Source: Acidobacteriota bacterium (lineage in GTDB: Bacteria; Acidobacteriota; UBA890; WLXD01). Taken from it: DNA of 64,000 nucleotides. The stretch's first letter is position 1; each line of letters opens with the position of its first letter. Under the pieces are notes generated by a model. The model saw nothing but the letters and a program-made list of their open reading frames with translations, ran no database searches and was not told the origin of the DNA. Both the position numbers and the translations under genes were made by a program. This document shows, in pieces, positions 31,811-41,507 of the stretch. The stretch lies in assembly GCA_963666055.2 (NCBI GenBank), contig CAXWPH010000005.1, positions 1-64,000 of the forward strand, in the 5' to 3' direction.

Positions 31811-32254
31811 TCAGGAAGCCGCCTCGGGGAAGATCTTGTCGCCCTCGTAGTCTCTCAGTCCACAGAAGCCGTACACTTCGAAACCGTTCTCTGCCAACAA
31901 AGCCGCGGCACGCGCGGCTCGACCACCGCCGTTTCAAGCGGTGAGGATCGGACGATCCCTCGGTAGCTCGTCGAGGCGGCCGTCCAGCTCGCCGATCGGT
32001 ATGTTGGTGTAGCCCTCCACCGTGCCCAGCTCTTCGAGCTCGTCGGGCTCGCGGACGTCGAGCAAGAAGACGTCGGCGTTGTGGAGCGCACTGGCGAGCG
32101 CCTCGCCGGTGAGCTGCTGAGCTTCCGCAGGGGTGTTGACGGCGGGCTCGTTCATCGGCGTCTCCTCGGCCGGCGGGGCCGACTGACCCTGGCAAGCGAT
32201 GCCGACAAGCCCGAGCGACAGCATGAACGCTGTGCACGACTTTGTCCTATTCAT
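31811..32254 (-). CDS. rhodanese-like lipoprotein, probable selenoprotein (UGA 31934-31936)
   Basis: LLDVREPDEL...ILTA-UGA-NGGGRAARAAALL continues in frame to a stop at 31811; SECIS-like hairpin follows. Confidence 0.85.
31900..31920 (-). promoter_or_regulatory. putative SECIS hairpin
   Basis: GAGCCGCG-CGTGC-CGCGGCTT; loop starts 21 nt after UGA, G at loop position 2. Confidence 0.6.
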
Positions 32255-32306
32255 GGGTTCCTCCAGTTCGGGATCCGTCAAGATACCAGCTCGGCGTCGA
32301 AGGACA

Positions 32307-32585
32307 CTAGCAGGCCGTGGTGAAAGTGTGGTGGGTCTGGTTACGGCGAGTTGAGGCCAGATGCAAGGCGGCCTGACACTGGCGATGCCCCGGCCATCGT
32401 CGAGGAAGGCCAACGCCGCAAATGGCCCCAAATCGCCGTAACCCTTCTGGCGACAGAGGGTTGCGCGCGCATGCTGCGTCGTTCCTCGTCAACGATGGGG
32501 TACCCATCGCCTCCTCCTCTCTTCTTGCCTCCACTTCGCAAGACCCTGTCACCAGATCCACCACACTTTCACCACGGCCTGCTAG
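32307..32585 (+). mobile_element. MITE copy A (279 bp, 34-bp TIRs including CTAG)
   Basis: CTAGCAGGCCGTGGTGAAAGTGTGGTGG(G/A)TCTGG at both ends; no transposase; further copies in the window. Confidence 0.9.
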
Positions 32586-34381
32586 CTCCCTTCGACGTAC
32601 CCCGGGCCGCGCACCACCATGCCCGGACGCGCTCCCGTGATGCGTCCCTGGTCGACCACGATCTGCCCGTTGACCAGCACGTATTCCACCCCTTCCGAGT
32701 AGCGGTGCGGTTGAGCATAGGTGGACCTGTCGACAATGGTCTCCGGATCGAAGATCACGATGTCGGCGTAGGCCCCCACCCGAAGAGTCCCCCGATGGCG
32801 GATTCCGAGCCGCTGAGCCGGTAGGGAAGTGGCCTTGCGGATGGCCTCCTCGAGGCTGATGTCGCCAAGCTCCCGTACGTAGCGCCCGAGGATCCTGGCG
32901 TAGGTTCCGTAGGATCTGGGGTGAACGAGCCGATCCGACAGCGGCCCGTCGACGGCCGCGAGCCCACCGTCCGTACCTATCGCAACCCAGGGCTGCCGCA
33001 GGGCAAGGCGCATGTCGTCCTCATCGGTGAGGTGCGAGACGAAGCCGGCGGCGCCCGTCTGGACTATGTCCATGATCACGTCGCGCGCGTCTTTCCCCTG
33101 TTCGGCGGCGATATCCGCGAGGCTTTGCCCCTCTAGGTGCTTGAGTTCCGTATTGCCACCGACGTCGGTGATGACGAAGCCCTCGGCGCCGCCGACCCCG
33201 TAGTATTCGTTCTCCCACTCCGTCGAGGGGATCTCGAGCTCGCGCTTGATGCGTTCGCGGGTCGACGGATCCGCCAGGCGCTGTCTGATCTCCTCGCTGC
33301 TTCCCTGGCGCGCCCAGGGAGGAAGCAGGGCGCGCAGGCCGGCTGCACCCCAGAGATACGGATACACGTCTGCGGCAACGTCGAGGCCTTGCTGACGGGC
33401 GGCGGCGATGCGCTCGACAACCTCAGACATCTCGCCCCAGTTCTGCACATACGCTGCCTTCAGGTGGGTGATGTGGGCTCGGATATCGGCCTCTCGAGCG
33501 ATGCGGAACACCTCCTCGAGCGAGGCGAAAAGCGCATCGCCTTCGCTGCGCTGGTGCGTCTGATACGCACCGCCGTATCGAGACGCGACGCGTGCCAGAG
33601 CGATCAGCTCCTCGGTGCTGTTGAACCGGTCGGGCACGTACATCAGTGCCGAGTAGATGCCGAGGGCGCCATCCTCCATGGCCTCGGCAGTAAGCCGCTC
33701 CATCTCCGCGAGCTCGGTGGCGGTCGCGGGGCGGTCTACCGTGCCGATGACCAACTCGCGGAGCGTCGACGTGCCCACGTAAGTCGCGAAGTTCAGGGTC
33801 GGTGGATTGGCCTCCAGTCGCGCGAAGAAATCGTCGAGTGTTCGCCAGTCGGGATCGATTCCGAAGCGCTCGAACCGCCCCATTCTCTCGGCGAGGTGCG
33901 CATCGCTGGTGGGGGCGACTGAGCTGCCTTCTCCTTCGACCAGCAGGGTGATGCCCTGCGTTACCGCGCTGGCGGCGCGTGGATCGACCAGCAGATACCA
34001 AGACGAGTGGCTGTGCATGTCGATGAAGCCGGGGGCAACGATCTTGTTGTCGGCGTCGATCGAACGGGTGGCTGCCATGCCTGCCAGGTTGCCGATCGCG
34101 GCGATGTGCCTATCGCGAATGCCAACGTCGCCCCGGTACCACGGATTTCCGCTGCCATCGACGATGCGTGCGTTGCTGATTAACAGGTCAAAGGAGCTGG
34201 CCTGCGTTGCCTGTTCGGTCGGTGTACAGGCACCGGGCAACAGAGCCCCGACCATCAGCAGAACCGCCGCGACTCGGGTTGTCGGGTTGCCCAGCCGCTG
34301 TGATGGAGCTGATGCCCTCGACCCCGCTCGACGTTTGATCAAGCTCCACCAAAGCGCTAGCAGGAACCGCTCGTCGCGCAC
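32582..34381 (-). CDS. N-acyl-D-amino-acid deacylase (D-aminoacylase)
   Basis: PGFIDMHSHS; HPRSYGTYARILG; stop TAG lies in the MITE CTAG; start uncertain. Confidence 0.92.
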   Translation of the reverse strand: MRDERFLLALWWSLIKRRAGSRASAPSQRLGNPTTRVAAVLLMVGALLPGACTPTEQATQASSFDLLISNARIVDGSGNPWYRGDVGIRDRHIAAIGNLAGMAATRSIDADNKIVAPGFIDMHSHSSWYLLVDPRAASAVTQGITLLVEGEGSSVAPTSDAHLAERMGRFERFGIDPDWRTLDDFFARLEANPPTLNFATYVGTSTLRELVIGTVDRPATATELAEMERLTAEAMEDGALGIYSALMYVPDRFNSTEELIALARVASRYGGAYQTHQRSEGDALFASLEEVFRIAREADIRAHITHLKAAYVQNWGEMSEVVERIAAARQQGLDVAADVYPYLWGAAGLRALLPPWARQGSSEEIRQRLADPSTRERIKRELEIPSTEWENEYYGVGGAEGFVITDVGGNTELKHLEGQSLADIAAEQGKDARDVIMDIVQTGAAGFVSHLTDEDDMRLALRQPWVAIGTDGGLAAVDGPLSDRLVHPRSYGTYARILGRYVRELGDISLEEAIRKATSLPAQRLGIRHRGTLRVGAYADIVIFDPETIVDRSTYAQPHRYSEGVEYVLVNGQIVVDQGRITGARPGMVVRGPGYVEGS

Positions 34382-34615
34382 TAGTCCGATTTACCCGATC
34401 TGTAGAAGCGGACCTCGACTCGCTCCGCGGTCGCCAAGCCCTCTTCGACGGCCTCGTCGATTACCGGCAGGAAGGCCTCGATCTCCGCCGCGAGAAACCG
34501 TCGCACTACTTCCAAGCCGGTGATCCTCTCTTAGAATCGCTGCATGGTGTCGAGATCGTCAACGCGAACCGCGATCTCTCCAAGAGGCAATTCCCAACTA
34601 GACAGAGGGGTGAAG

Positions 34616-35539
34616 GTGCACAGCATCGGATTGAAAAGCCTCGCGGCATTAATCCCTGCCATCTTGTTGGTGGCATACGTCGGCGCGAACACGGGCGCAG
34701 TGGATGGCACCTTGGAGGACGGCTCCTTCCCGGAACACTGGATCGATGGGACCGACTGTGACGTCGAACCGCCGGTGCAGATCCACGCCTACAACGATGA
34801 TCTGTTCATCCTACGGCAGTCGCTTTGCACGGATTTCGAGGCACCTTTCATCTATCTCATCTTCGGACAAGACCGAGTACTGATGCAGGATACCGGTGCC
34901 GGAAGCATTCCAATCAGGGCAATCGTCGACGACATCATTTCCCGTTGGCTCGATACGCACGACCGAACCTCCATCGAACTGATCGTAAGTCATTCCCACT
35001 CGCACGGAGATCACGTCGCAGGCGACAGTCAGTTTTCCACCCGGCCTAACACCAAGGTCGTCGGGCGGACGCGGTCAGCCGTGCAGTCCTTCTTCGGAAT
35101 CGAGGCCTGGCCGACGCAAGTTGTCGAATTCGATCTCGGGGGCGGGCACATCGTCGACGTCATCCCGCTTCCTGGTCATCAGGATGCCCACATCGCGCTG
35201 TATGATCGGCGTGCCGGGCTGCTCTTCACGGGTGATTCTTTCTACCCGGGGCGACTGTACTTTTCAACATCGGAGTTGCCGGCGTACAGGGCAAGTATGC
35301 AGCGATTGTTGGCCTTCGCGGAGGGCAGGGAAGTCCGCCATATTCTGGGTACGCACATCGAGATGAGCTCGCGATCGGGGGTGGACTTTCCGCCGCAATC
35401 AACGCAGCATCCGAACGAGCATGGCCTCGAACTGCGGCTCAGCCAACTTGTCGAGCTCGTCAACGCCCTAGCCGCGATGGGGAACGAACCGAGGCTCGAA
35501 AGGCACGACGATTTCATCGTCTTTCCGCGTGCGCAGTAG
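34616..35539 (+). CDS. secreted MBL-fold metallohydrolase
   Basis: HSHSHGDH, PGH, LFTGD, GTH. Confidence 0.88.
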   Translation: MHSIGLKSLAALIPAILLVAYVGANTGAVDGTLEDGSFPEHWIDGTDCDVEPPVQIHAYNDDLFILRQSLCTDFEAPFIYLIFGQDRVLMQDTGAGSIPIRAIVDDIISRWLDTHDRTSIELIVSHSHSHGDHVAGDSQFSTRPNTKVVGRTRSAVQSFFGIEAWPTQVVEFDLGGGHIVDVIPLPGHQDAHIALYDRRAGLLFTGDSFYPGRLYFSTSELPAYRASMQRLLAFAEGREVRHILGTHIEMSSRSGVDFPPQSTQHPNEHGLELRLSQLVELVNALAAMGNEPRLERHDDFIVFPRAQ

Positions 35540-35602
35540 GGAATCGCTGACCAATCATTTGTGATCGTCAAGTTCATCGAGGGGCCGGCCGAGCGCGAGA
35601 AA

Positions 35603-36259
35603 ATGTGGGGCCATGGGGCCATATCGAAGCGTCGCGGACGCACCGCCTGGCTGACGCTGTTCGGGGGAGCCTTCGGCCTCCTCGAGGCCGCAGTGGTGGT
35701 GTATCTGCGCGAGCTCTACTATCCCGACGGCTTCCGCTTCCCGATCGTCGTCATTCCGGACCACATCTTGACGGTCGAGCTGCTGCGCGAGCTGACGACC
35801 CTGCTGATGCTGTTCGCCGTGGCCATCGTTGGCGGCCGCGACCGCATGGATCGTTTCTTCGTCTTTGCTTTCCTGTTCGGTGTCTGGGACATCGTTTACT
35901 ACCTTGGCCTGTGGCTCCTTCTCGGCTGGCCGCCGTCGCTGCTTACCTGGGACGTGCTGTTCTTGATCCCGGTACCGTGGCTCGGGCCGGTCATTTACCC
36001 GGTGCTGGTGTCAGTGTTCCTCATCGCCGGGTTCGGAGTGCACGAGCGCATCCGCGCGCGAGGAAACACGGTGTGCCTGACGCGCGCCGAGTGGGCCGTC
36101 GCCTGCGCCGGCGCGATGACGATCATCGTCGCCTTCTGTTGGAACTGGGGCGTCGTCGCCGAGGGAACAACTCCACAGAGCTTCCCGTCGGGGATGTTCG
36201 CCGTCGGCCTGGCCGCCGGCGTGCTTCCTTTTGCGCGGTCCGGATTGCGGTTGCCATGA
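35603..36259 (+). CDS. integral membrane hypothetical protein
   Basis: LEAAVVVYLRELYYP; FGVWDIVYY; DVLFLIPVPW. Confidence 0.8.
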   Translation: MWGHGAISKRRGRTAWLTLFGGAFGLLEAAVVVYLRELYYPDGFRFPIVVIPDHILTVELLRELTTLLMLFAVAIVGGRDRMDRFFVFAFLFGVWDIVYYLGLWLLLGWPPSLLTWDVLFLIPVPWLGPVIYPVLVSVFLIAGFGVHERIRARGNTVCLTRAEWAVACAGAMTIIVAFCWNWGVVAEGTTPQSFPSGMFAVGLAAGVLPFARSGLRLP

Positions 36260-36305
36260 GACTCTCGATGCCGACCGGCCAGTGTTCGAGGCGTCAAGTC
36301 ACGCC

Positions 36306-38249
36306 CTACGGTGCGCCGTCGAGACTGCGGTAGATCATCTCGATCCAGCCGTCGGCGGACATGTAGCCATAGCCCCAGCTCTCGTACTCGCGACCGAGTC
36401 CGGCGGCGACGATCTGGTCGAGGCTGCGGCCCGCCGTCTTCCCGGCCCGCACCAGGTTGATGGTGTCGTCGAGCATCTTGCGCACGCGGTACAGCTCCGG
36501 CTTGTCGGCTAGCGGTCCGTGCCCGGGGATGACCGCGGCGTCGTCGGGAATCATCGGCAGCAGGGCATCGAGGTTGGCCAGCATCGCCAGCGCGTTGCCG
36601 CCCGATTGCAGGTCGGCGGTCGGGAAGCTCGATGTGCCGGAGTTGAACAAGTCTCCCATGTGCACGACGTTCGATTCGGTGAAGAACACGACGATGTCGT
36701 TGTCGGTGTGGCCGCCGGGGATCGCCAGTGCTCGCACTTCCTCGCCGTTGAAGTGCACCGAGAGGGTCTCGTTGAAGGTGATCGTCGGCCAGTGGGCGCT
36801 GTCCTTGGCAAGCAGGCGTTCGCGGGCCCGCTCGTGGGCGACCACCAGCGCGTCGCTGCCGCGTGTCAGGTTGGCGTTGCCATCGCTGTGATCGTCGTGA
36901 TGGTGGGTGTTGATGATGAAACGCAACGCGCCGCCGTCGAGCGCGCTCAGGGCGTCGGTGATGGCCTCGGTCAGCTCGGCCCATTGATCGTCGACGATGA
37001 GGATGCCATCGGGCCCCACGGAGACGGCGATGTTGCCGGCGACATCGCCGGTGGCCTCGAGCATGTAGATGTTGCCGGTGACCGGGTGGGTGACGATCTC
37101 CACACCAGTGAGATCTGGCTTCTGCGTCGACATCGCCGGGACTTCGGCGGCGCGCAACCCGTCGATTGCGATACGGAAACCCATATGGTCGTCGCTCGAA
37201 TTTTGCTCGTCGCCGGTGCGTGCCGCGGCGCGGATGCTGTGGCCCCCCTGCGGGGCAACCCATCCGTCGGTGTCGACCCCGGCCCAATCGACCCAGGAGC
37301 CGCCGCGGTTGACGCGGTCGATTTGCTCGTCGGGGACTGCGGGCGGTCGCTCTGGCCCGCTGGGGTTTCGACTCGGGGAGCGTGCGTAGTATCCCCTGTC
37401 GTAGATGTCGTAGACCCATTCGCCGAGGTTGCCGGCCATATCGTAGATACCGTATGGCGATTGGTCTGGACCGTAGGCGTCGACCGGCGAGGTCTCGACA
37501 TAACCGTCGTCGATCTCGGCGTCGGGGCGCCGCGTGTGCGGCCCGTATTTGCCGATGAAGTTGACGTCGGCGTAGTTGGCCCGGCGGCCGTCAGGGGCCT
37601 CGTTACCCCAGGGAAAGCGCAGGCCCGCGGCGCCGCGCGCCGCCTTCTCCCATTGAGCCTCGGTCGGCAAGACGACGAGGAGGCCGAGTTGGTCCGAAAG
37701 CCAGGCGCAGAATACCTGCGCGTCGTTCCAGCTGACGCTACCCACCGCATGGTTGTCGGCTTGCTCGAAGTAGATGTTGTTCCAGCCGCCGTCCAGCCGT
37801 GGCTCCCAGGGATCACGACGTTCGCCGGGCCCCGGAATCTCGCCCGTCCATTGCCACGAGCCCTGGCCCCGTTCGGCGTCGGTCACGTACTCGGTGGCCT
37901 CGACGAAGGCGCGAAACTGCCCCACGGTGACCGGGAACTTGGCGATCCAGTAGTCGTCGAGCTCGACCGTATGAACCGGGCGCTCGCCTTCGAGCCCCTC
38001 GTCCGACCCCATGGGAAAGGGCCCGGAGGGCACCAGCACGAAGCGATGGCCGTTGCCGAGATCGACCTCTCGTTGCCCGGCGGCGTTCGTGCTCGTCCGT
38101 GTGGCAGCGGCAAGCACCTGGTCGACGATCGACTGGCCGTTGGTTGAGGAAACCGGGTCGTTCGTAGCGGAGTCTACCGAGCCGACTTGTTCGGACGAGG
38201 GCGTGTAGCTCAGCGCCGGCAGCGCGGCCACGACAGTCGCTAGAATCAT
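36306..38249 (-). CDS. FGE/SUMF1-like domain fused to an MBL-fold (cyclase-like) hydrolase
   Basis: LPTEAQWEKAARG, DMAGNLGEW, RGGSW; then NTHHHDDHSDGN, GGHTDND, PGHG. Confidence 0.88.
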   Translation of the reverse strand: MILATVVAALPALSYTPSSEQVGSVDSATNDPVSSTNGQSIVDQVLAAATRTSTNAAGQREVDLGNGHRFVLVPSGPFPMGSDEGLEGERPVHTVELDDYWIAKFPVTVGQFRAFVEATEYVTDAERGQGSWQWTGEIPGPGERRDPWEPRLDGGWNNIYFEQADNHAVGSVSWNDAQVFCAWLSDQLGLLVVLPTEAQWEKAARGAAGLRFPWGNEAPDGRRANYADVNFIGKYGPHTRRPDAEIDDGYVETSPVDAYGPDQSPYGIYDMAGNLGEWVYDIYDRGYYARSPSRNPSGPERPPAVPDEQIDRVNRGGSWVDWAGVDTDGWVAPQGGHSIRAAARTGDEQNSSDDHMGFRIAIDGLRAAEVPAMSTQKPDLTGVEIVTHPVTGNIYMLEATGDVAGNIAVSVGPDGILIVDDQWAELTEAITDALSALDGGALRFIINTHHHDDHSDGNANLTRGSDALVVAHERARERLLAKDSAHWPTITFNETLSVHFNGEEVRALAIPGGHTDNDIVVFFTESNVVHMGDLFNSGTSSFPTADLQSGGNALAMLANLDALLPMIPDDAAVIPGHGPLADKPELYRVRKMLDDTINLVRAGKTAGRSLDQIVAAGLGREYESWGYGYMSADGWIEMIYRSLDGAP

Positions 38250-38262
38250 CGCCGCGCCGAAC

Positions 38263-38414
38263 CGCCGTAACCCTTCGGGCGACAGGGGGTTGCGCGCGTA
38301 TGCTGCGTCGTTCCTCGTCAACGATGGGGTACCCATCGCCTCCTCCTCTCTTCTTGCCTCCACTTCGCAAGACCCTGTCGCCAGATCCACCACACTTTCA
38401 CCACGGCCTGCTAG
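38263..38414 (+). mobile_element. half MITE (right portion)
   Basis: near-identical to about 32434-32585; left half absent. Confidence 0.85.
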
Positions 38415-38548
38415 CCCCGTTTGCCCAACGGTGTGGGTGCCCACCCGCAACCAGGCTACCTATTGGCGCCGCCGGGCTCAACGCGTTTGGAACGTCGGCC
38501 TGCAGTCTGCACTTCGGCCTCGATATCCCGGTGCTCGCGTGGTCGTGC

Positions 38549-39031
38549 TCAGGGCCCGGAGCCGCGGACCAAAGTCATCACCTTGCCCTCGACCCAATCG
38601 ATCGGCGAGAAGAGGACACAGGCGAGGTGGGTGCGTCGGCCAAGAACGAGCGCCGGAAACGCCAGGACCTCGCATCCCGGGTGTCCGAGGGCGGCGATCA
38701 GCAGCAGGGAAGCGCCGATGAACACGACCGCGCCGGCATCGAAGACGCCGCCACGCAGGAACAACAGGAACACCGGGGTCACGGCGATGACGGCCCCGAT
38801 CCAAGGGTGGAGCCACCCGAAGTAACGGCTGACCACCAGGTGCACCACGGTGTAAAGAGCCATCAAGCCGACAACGACCGCCAACACTTCCAGCCGCGAT
38901 TCCCAAGATGCTCCTCGCAACGCCGGCGCCACCATGCCGATCATGCCGACACCGAGCGCGGCGCGGAGCAGGCGACTGATCGGCGTTGCCCGGGGGAGGG
39001 TGGAAATCTTCTCCGACGCAAGCGTGCTCAT
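38549..39031 (-). CDS. membrane protein with PGCE motif
   Basis: TM helices; GHPGCEV...HLAC. Confidence 0.75.
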   Translation of the reverse strand: MSTLASEKISTLPRATPISRLLRAALGVGMIGMVAPALRGASWESRLEVLAVVVGLMALYTVVHLVVSRYFGWLHPWIGAVIAVTPVFLLFLRGGVFDAGAVVFIGASLLLIAALGHPGCEVLAFPALVLGRRTHLACVLFSPIDWVEGKVMTLVRGSGP

Positions 39032-39576
39032 GACGATCCTCTCTTGGCTTCCCAGCGGTCCACGTTATCTATATGTCCGGGGCAATAGTGCTCCGGTCGG
39101 GCACGACCGGTGGCCAGCGACCATAGATGGGAAATCGCCCGCATCTCGCATCCCGGGGTGCCGATCGCGGCAGACAGAAGAAATGAAAAGCCCAGCCAGC
39201 CAAGTGTCAGCACTTGCCATCCGGCCACCGACCAGCCGAGCGCCGGCGACCAGAGCGCACCGGTCAGGAACCAGCTCACGGCCACGCCGGCGGCGATCCA
39301 CAGGCCGACGGCATAGCGTGGCCAGGCGCGCCAGCTCACACCCAGGCCGATATTCACCACGTAGGGCGTGACGACGAGCAACAGCACCGTGGTAGCCCAC
39401 CAGGTCCAGGCCGACGGCATCTGGTAGCCCGTGTGGTACCGCGTCGTCGTCGCAATCGACCAGGCGCCGTACGCGCAGACCACTCCCCAACCGAATCGAA
39501 CCAGTCGGCCGACCGGGCCAGGAGGCGCCAGGCTTCCCTGGCTTCGGAATTGGGTGTCGAGCTTGGATTCGCTCAC
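39028..39576 (-). CDS. membrane protein with PGCE motif (distant paralogue of its neighbour)
   Basis: GTPGCEM...HYCPG; ATGA overlap. Confidence 0.75.
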   Translation of the reverse strand: MSESKLDTQFRSQGSLAPPGPVGRLVRFGWGVVCAYGAWSIATTTRYHTGYQMPSAWTWWATTVLLLVVTPYVVNIGLGVSWRAWPRYAVGLWIAAGVAVSWFLTGALWSPALGWSVAGWQVLTLGWLGFSFLLSAAIGTPGCEMRAISHLWSLATGRARPEHYCPGHIDNVDRWEAKRGSS

Positions 39577-39622
39577 GCGGGCAGCCTCCCTCGGGGAGAA
39601 TGGGAATGATTCAAGACATATG

Positions 39623-39661
39623 TACTACGATCATAGTAATTAATCAACTACGGTCGTAGTA
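39623..39661. promoter_or_regulatory. two tandem ACTAC-N4-RTAGT palindromes (putative repressor operator)
   Basis: TACTACGATCATAGTA 39623-39638 and ACTACGGTCGTAGT 39647-39660 in an AT-rich patch. Confidence 0.6.
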
Positions 39662-39725
39662 GTTTTGTTCACCGGCCAACGACAGATCCCCATCGGTCAC
39701 GCTGCCTGAGCCGAGGGGGCCGCCC

Positions 39726-40238
39726 CTACTCTCCCGCGAAGTCCGCGTCCGGCACGATCTTGCCGATCATCTCGCGTGCTGTGAGGCGCAGCTCCTCTGG
39801 AGTCGGTCGCCCGACGAAGTACCAGCCGTTGAACAACCGGTGAATGGTCAGGTCTGGGAGTAGTGCGAAGGTGAAGGGGACCGGTAGTGGACCATGTCGG
39901 GAATCAGTTGTCTCGCGGATGCCGAGCTCGTCGGTAAGCCGTCGTTCCGCGTCGCTCAGGAAGGGGAAGCGTGCTCCGAGCTCAGCTTTGAGGGAGGCTT
40001 GCACCTCGGGCGGGTCGACCGAGACCACTGCCAACCGGCAGTAAGCTACTGTGGCGGCGTCTTGGAACTGGACCAGTTCCGACAGCTGAAGCTGGCACTT
40101 CGGTCACCAAGGGCCACGGTAGAAGGCGAGAAACAGCGGTTGACGTTCAGCGACCTCGGCGATCGACATCACGTTGCCGCGGTCATCCGTGAGGCTGAGG
40201 TCGGGGAACTTCTGGCCGACTTCGTACTTGAGTGGCAT
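39726..40238 (-). CDS. peroxiredoxin-like (AhpC/TSA) protein, probable selenoprotein with UxxC (UGA 40104-40106)
   Basis: MPLKYEVGQKFPDLSL...FYRGPW-UGA-PKCQLQL continues in frame into VVSVDPPE...FPFLSD. Confidence 0.88.
40064..40080 (-). promoter_or_regulatory. putative SECIS hairpin
   Basis: GGAACTG-GTC-CAGTTCC; loop starts 30 nt after UGA and begins with G. Confidence 0.6.
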
Positions 40239-40268
40239 CGATGACTCCCGCTGGCGGTCCAGGCTGTG

Positions 40269-41507
40269 CTACGTCGACATTCCTCGTGCCGCGATGCGCC
40301 AGACGGCTTCGACGCGATCGCCACGAATGGCGTACATCTGATCGTAGAGGTTCACCACCGGGTCACAGTGCGACACGATCAACTCCAGCTTGTCGCCGAC
40401 GCTGTAGGTACGTGAGGGGTCATCGTAGCGGAGCACGCCGAACTCGTCGGATCCGCAGCGATACTCCATGCCGGACTCGCCCTTGACGATCGGCCATGGC
40501 TGATTGATGGTGCATGCCTTGGCCCCCGCGTCGGTGGTGACCTGACCTTCGTACTGGTCGTTGAGCACCGTCGCGAGAACGGTCAGCGAGGGCTGGAAGT
40601 CTGAGTACACCTGCGGGTCGTGAGCCCCGCCGATTGCCAGGTACTGCGCGTCCATGAAGACGTAGCTGCCCACCTGCACGTCGGTCAAGCCGGAGGTCTC
40701 GTGGTCGATGTTGTACGTACCGGTGCCGCCGCCGCTGAAGATCTCGGTGCTCAGACCGGAGCGCTGCAACATCATGAAAGTATCGGCGGCCGCAGCGAGA
40801 CGCTCGAGGGTCTGCTCCCGGCGCGCCTCGAAGCCGTGCTTGTGTTGTGAGCCACCGTCGTAGCACAGCATGCCGCGCGGCCGCAGCCCGGGCAGGGTGT
40901 CGACCAGCTGCGCCAGCTCGAGAGCGGGCTGTCCTGCGCTAATGCCGGTGCGATGTGTTCCCGGGTCGACGTCGACCACCACGTCGGCAGTGATGCTGGC
41001 CGCCTGCGCCGCATCCGAGAGGTGACGGGCATTCTCGGGTGTGTCCGTGGCCTGGACGAACTCCGAGCACAGCTTCCTCAGGCTCATCGCCCGGGCGATC
41101 TTGAACGGCGTCACATTGGTGGTCGTCATCAGGATCTGCTCGATCCCGTGCTCGAACATGACCTCGGCCTCACTCACCTTGGCGGTGCAGATGCCAACCG
41201 ACCCGCCCTCGAGCTGCAGCCGGGCGATTGCCGGGCACTTGTGCGTCTTGGCATGAGGGCGGCTGGCGATACCGTTGCGCGAGACTGTCTGCTGACACGT
41301 GGCCAGGTTGGCCTCGAGCGCATCGAGGTCGACGCAGAGTGCCGGCGTGTCGAGCTCCCACTTGGATACGTCGGCCTGCATCGCACCCTCTGAGGCCATC
41401 GAGCGCATCTCGGCGGCGGTACGCCCCTTCACTGACGTTGGAATCCACACGCCTGCCGCCCCGGCGGTCTGCAAGAAGCGGCGGCGGGATAGCGGCATGT
41501 TGGTCAC
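40269..41507 (-). CDS. Tat-exported DSD1/D-threonine aldolase family PLP enzyme
   Basis: RRRFL; LDTPAL; RPHAKTHK; SGGGTGT; HCDPVVNLYD. Confidence 0.92.
   Translation of the reverse strand: MTNMPLSRRRFLQTAGAAGVWIPTSVKGRTAAEMRSMASEGAMQADVSKWELDTPALCVDLDALEANLATCQQTVSRNGIASRPHAKTHKCPAIARLQLEGGSVGICTAKVSEAEVMFEHGIEQILMTTTNVTPFKIARAMSLRKLCSEFVQATDTPENARHLSDAAQAASITADVVVDVDPGTHRTGISAGQPALELAQLVDTLPGLRPRGMLCYDGGSQHKHGFEARREQTLERLAAAADTFMMLQRSGLSTEIFSGGGTGTYNIDHETSGLTDVQVGSYVFMDAQYLAIGGAHDPQVYSDFQPSLTVLATVLNDQYEGQVTTDAGAKACTINQPWPIVKGESGMEYRCGSDEFGVLRYDDPSRTYSVGDKLELIVSHCDPVVNLYDQMYAIRGDRVEAVWRIAARGMST

Noticed and set aside
32307-32564. Repeated small ORFs (e.g. MGTPSLTRNDAA) at about 32.4, 38.3 and 45.1 kb
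   Set aside because: They are translations of the MITE, not independent genes.
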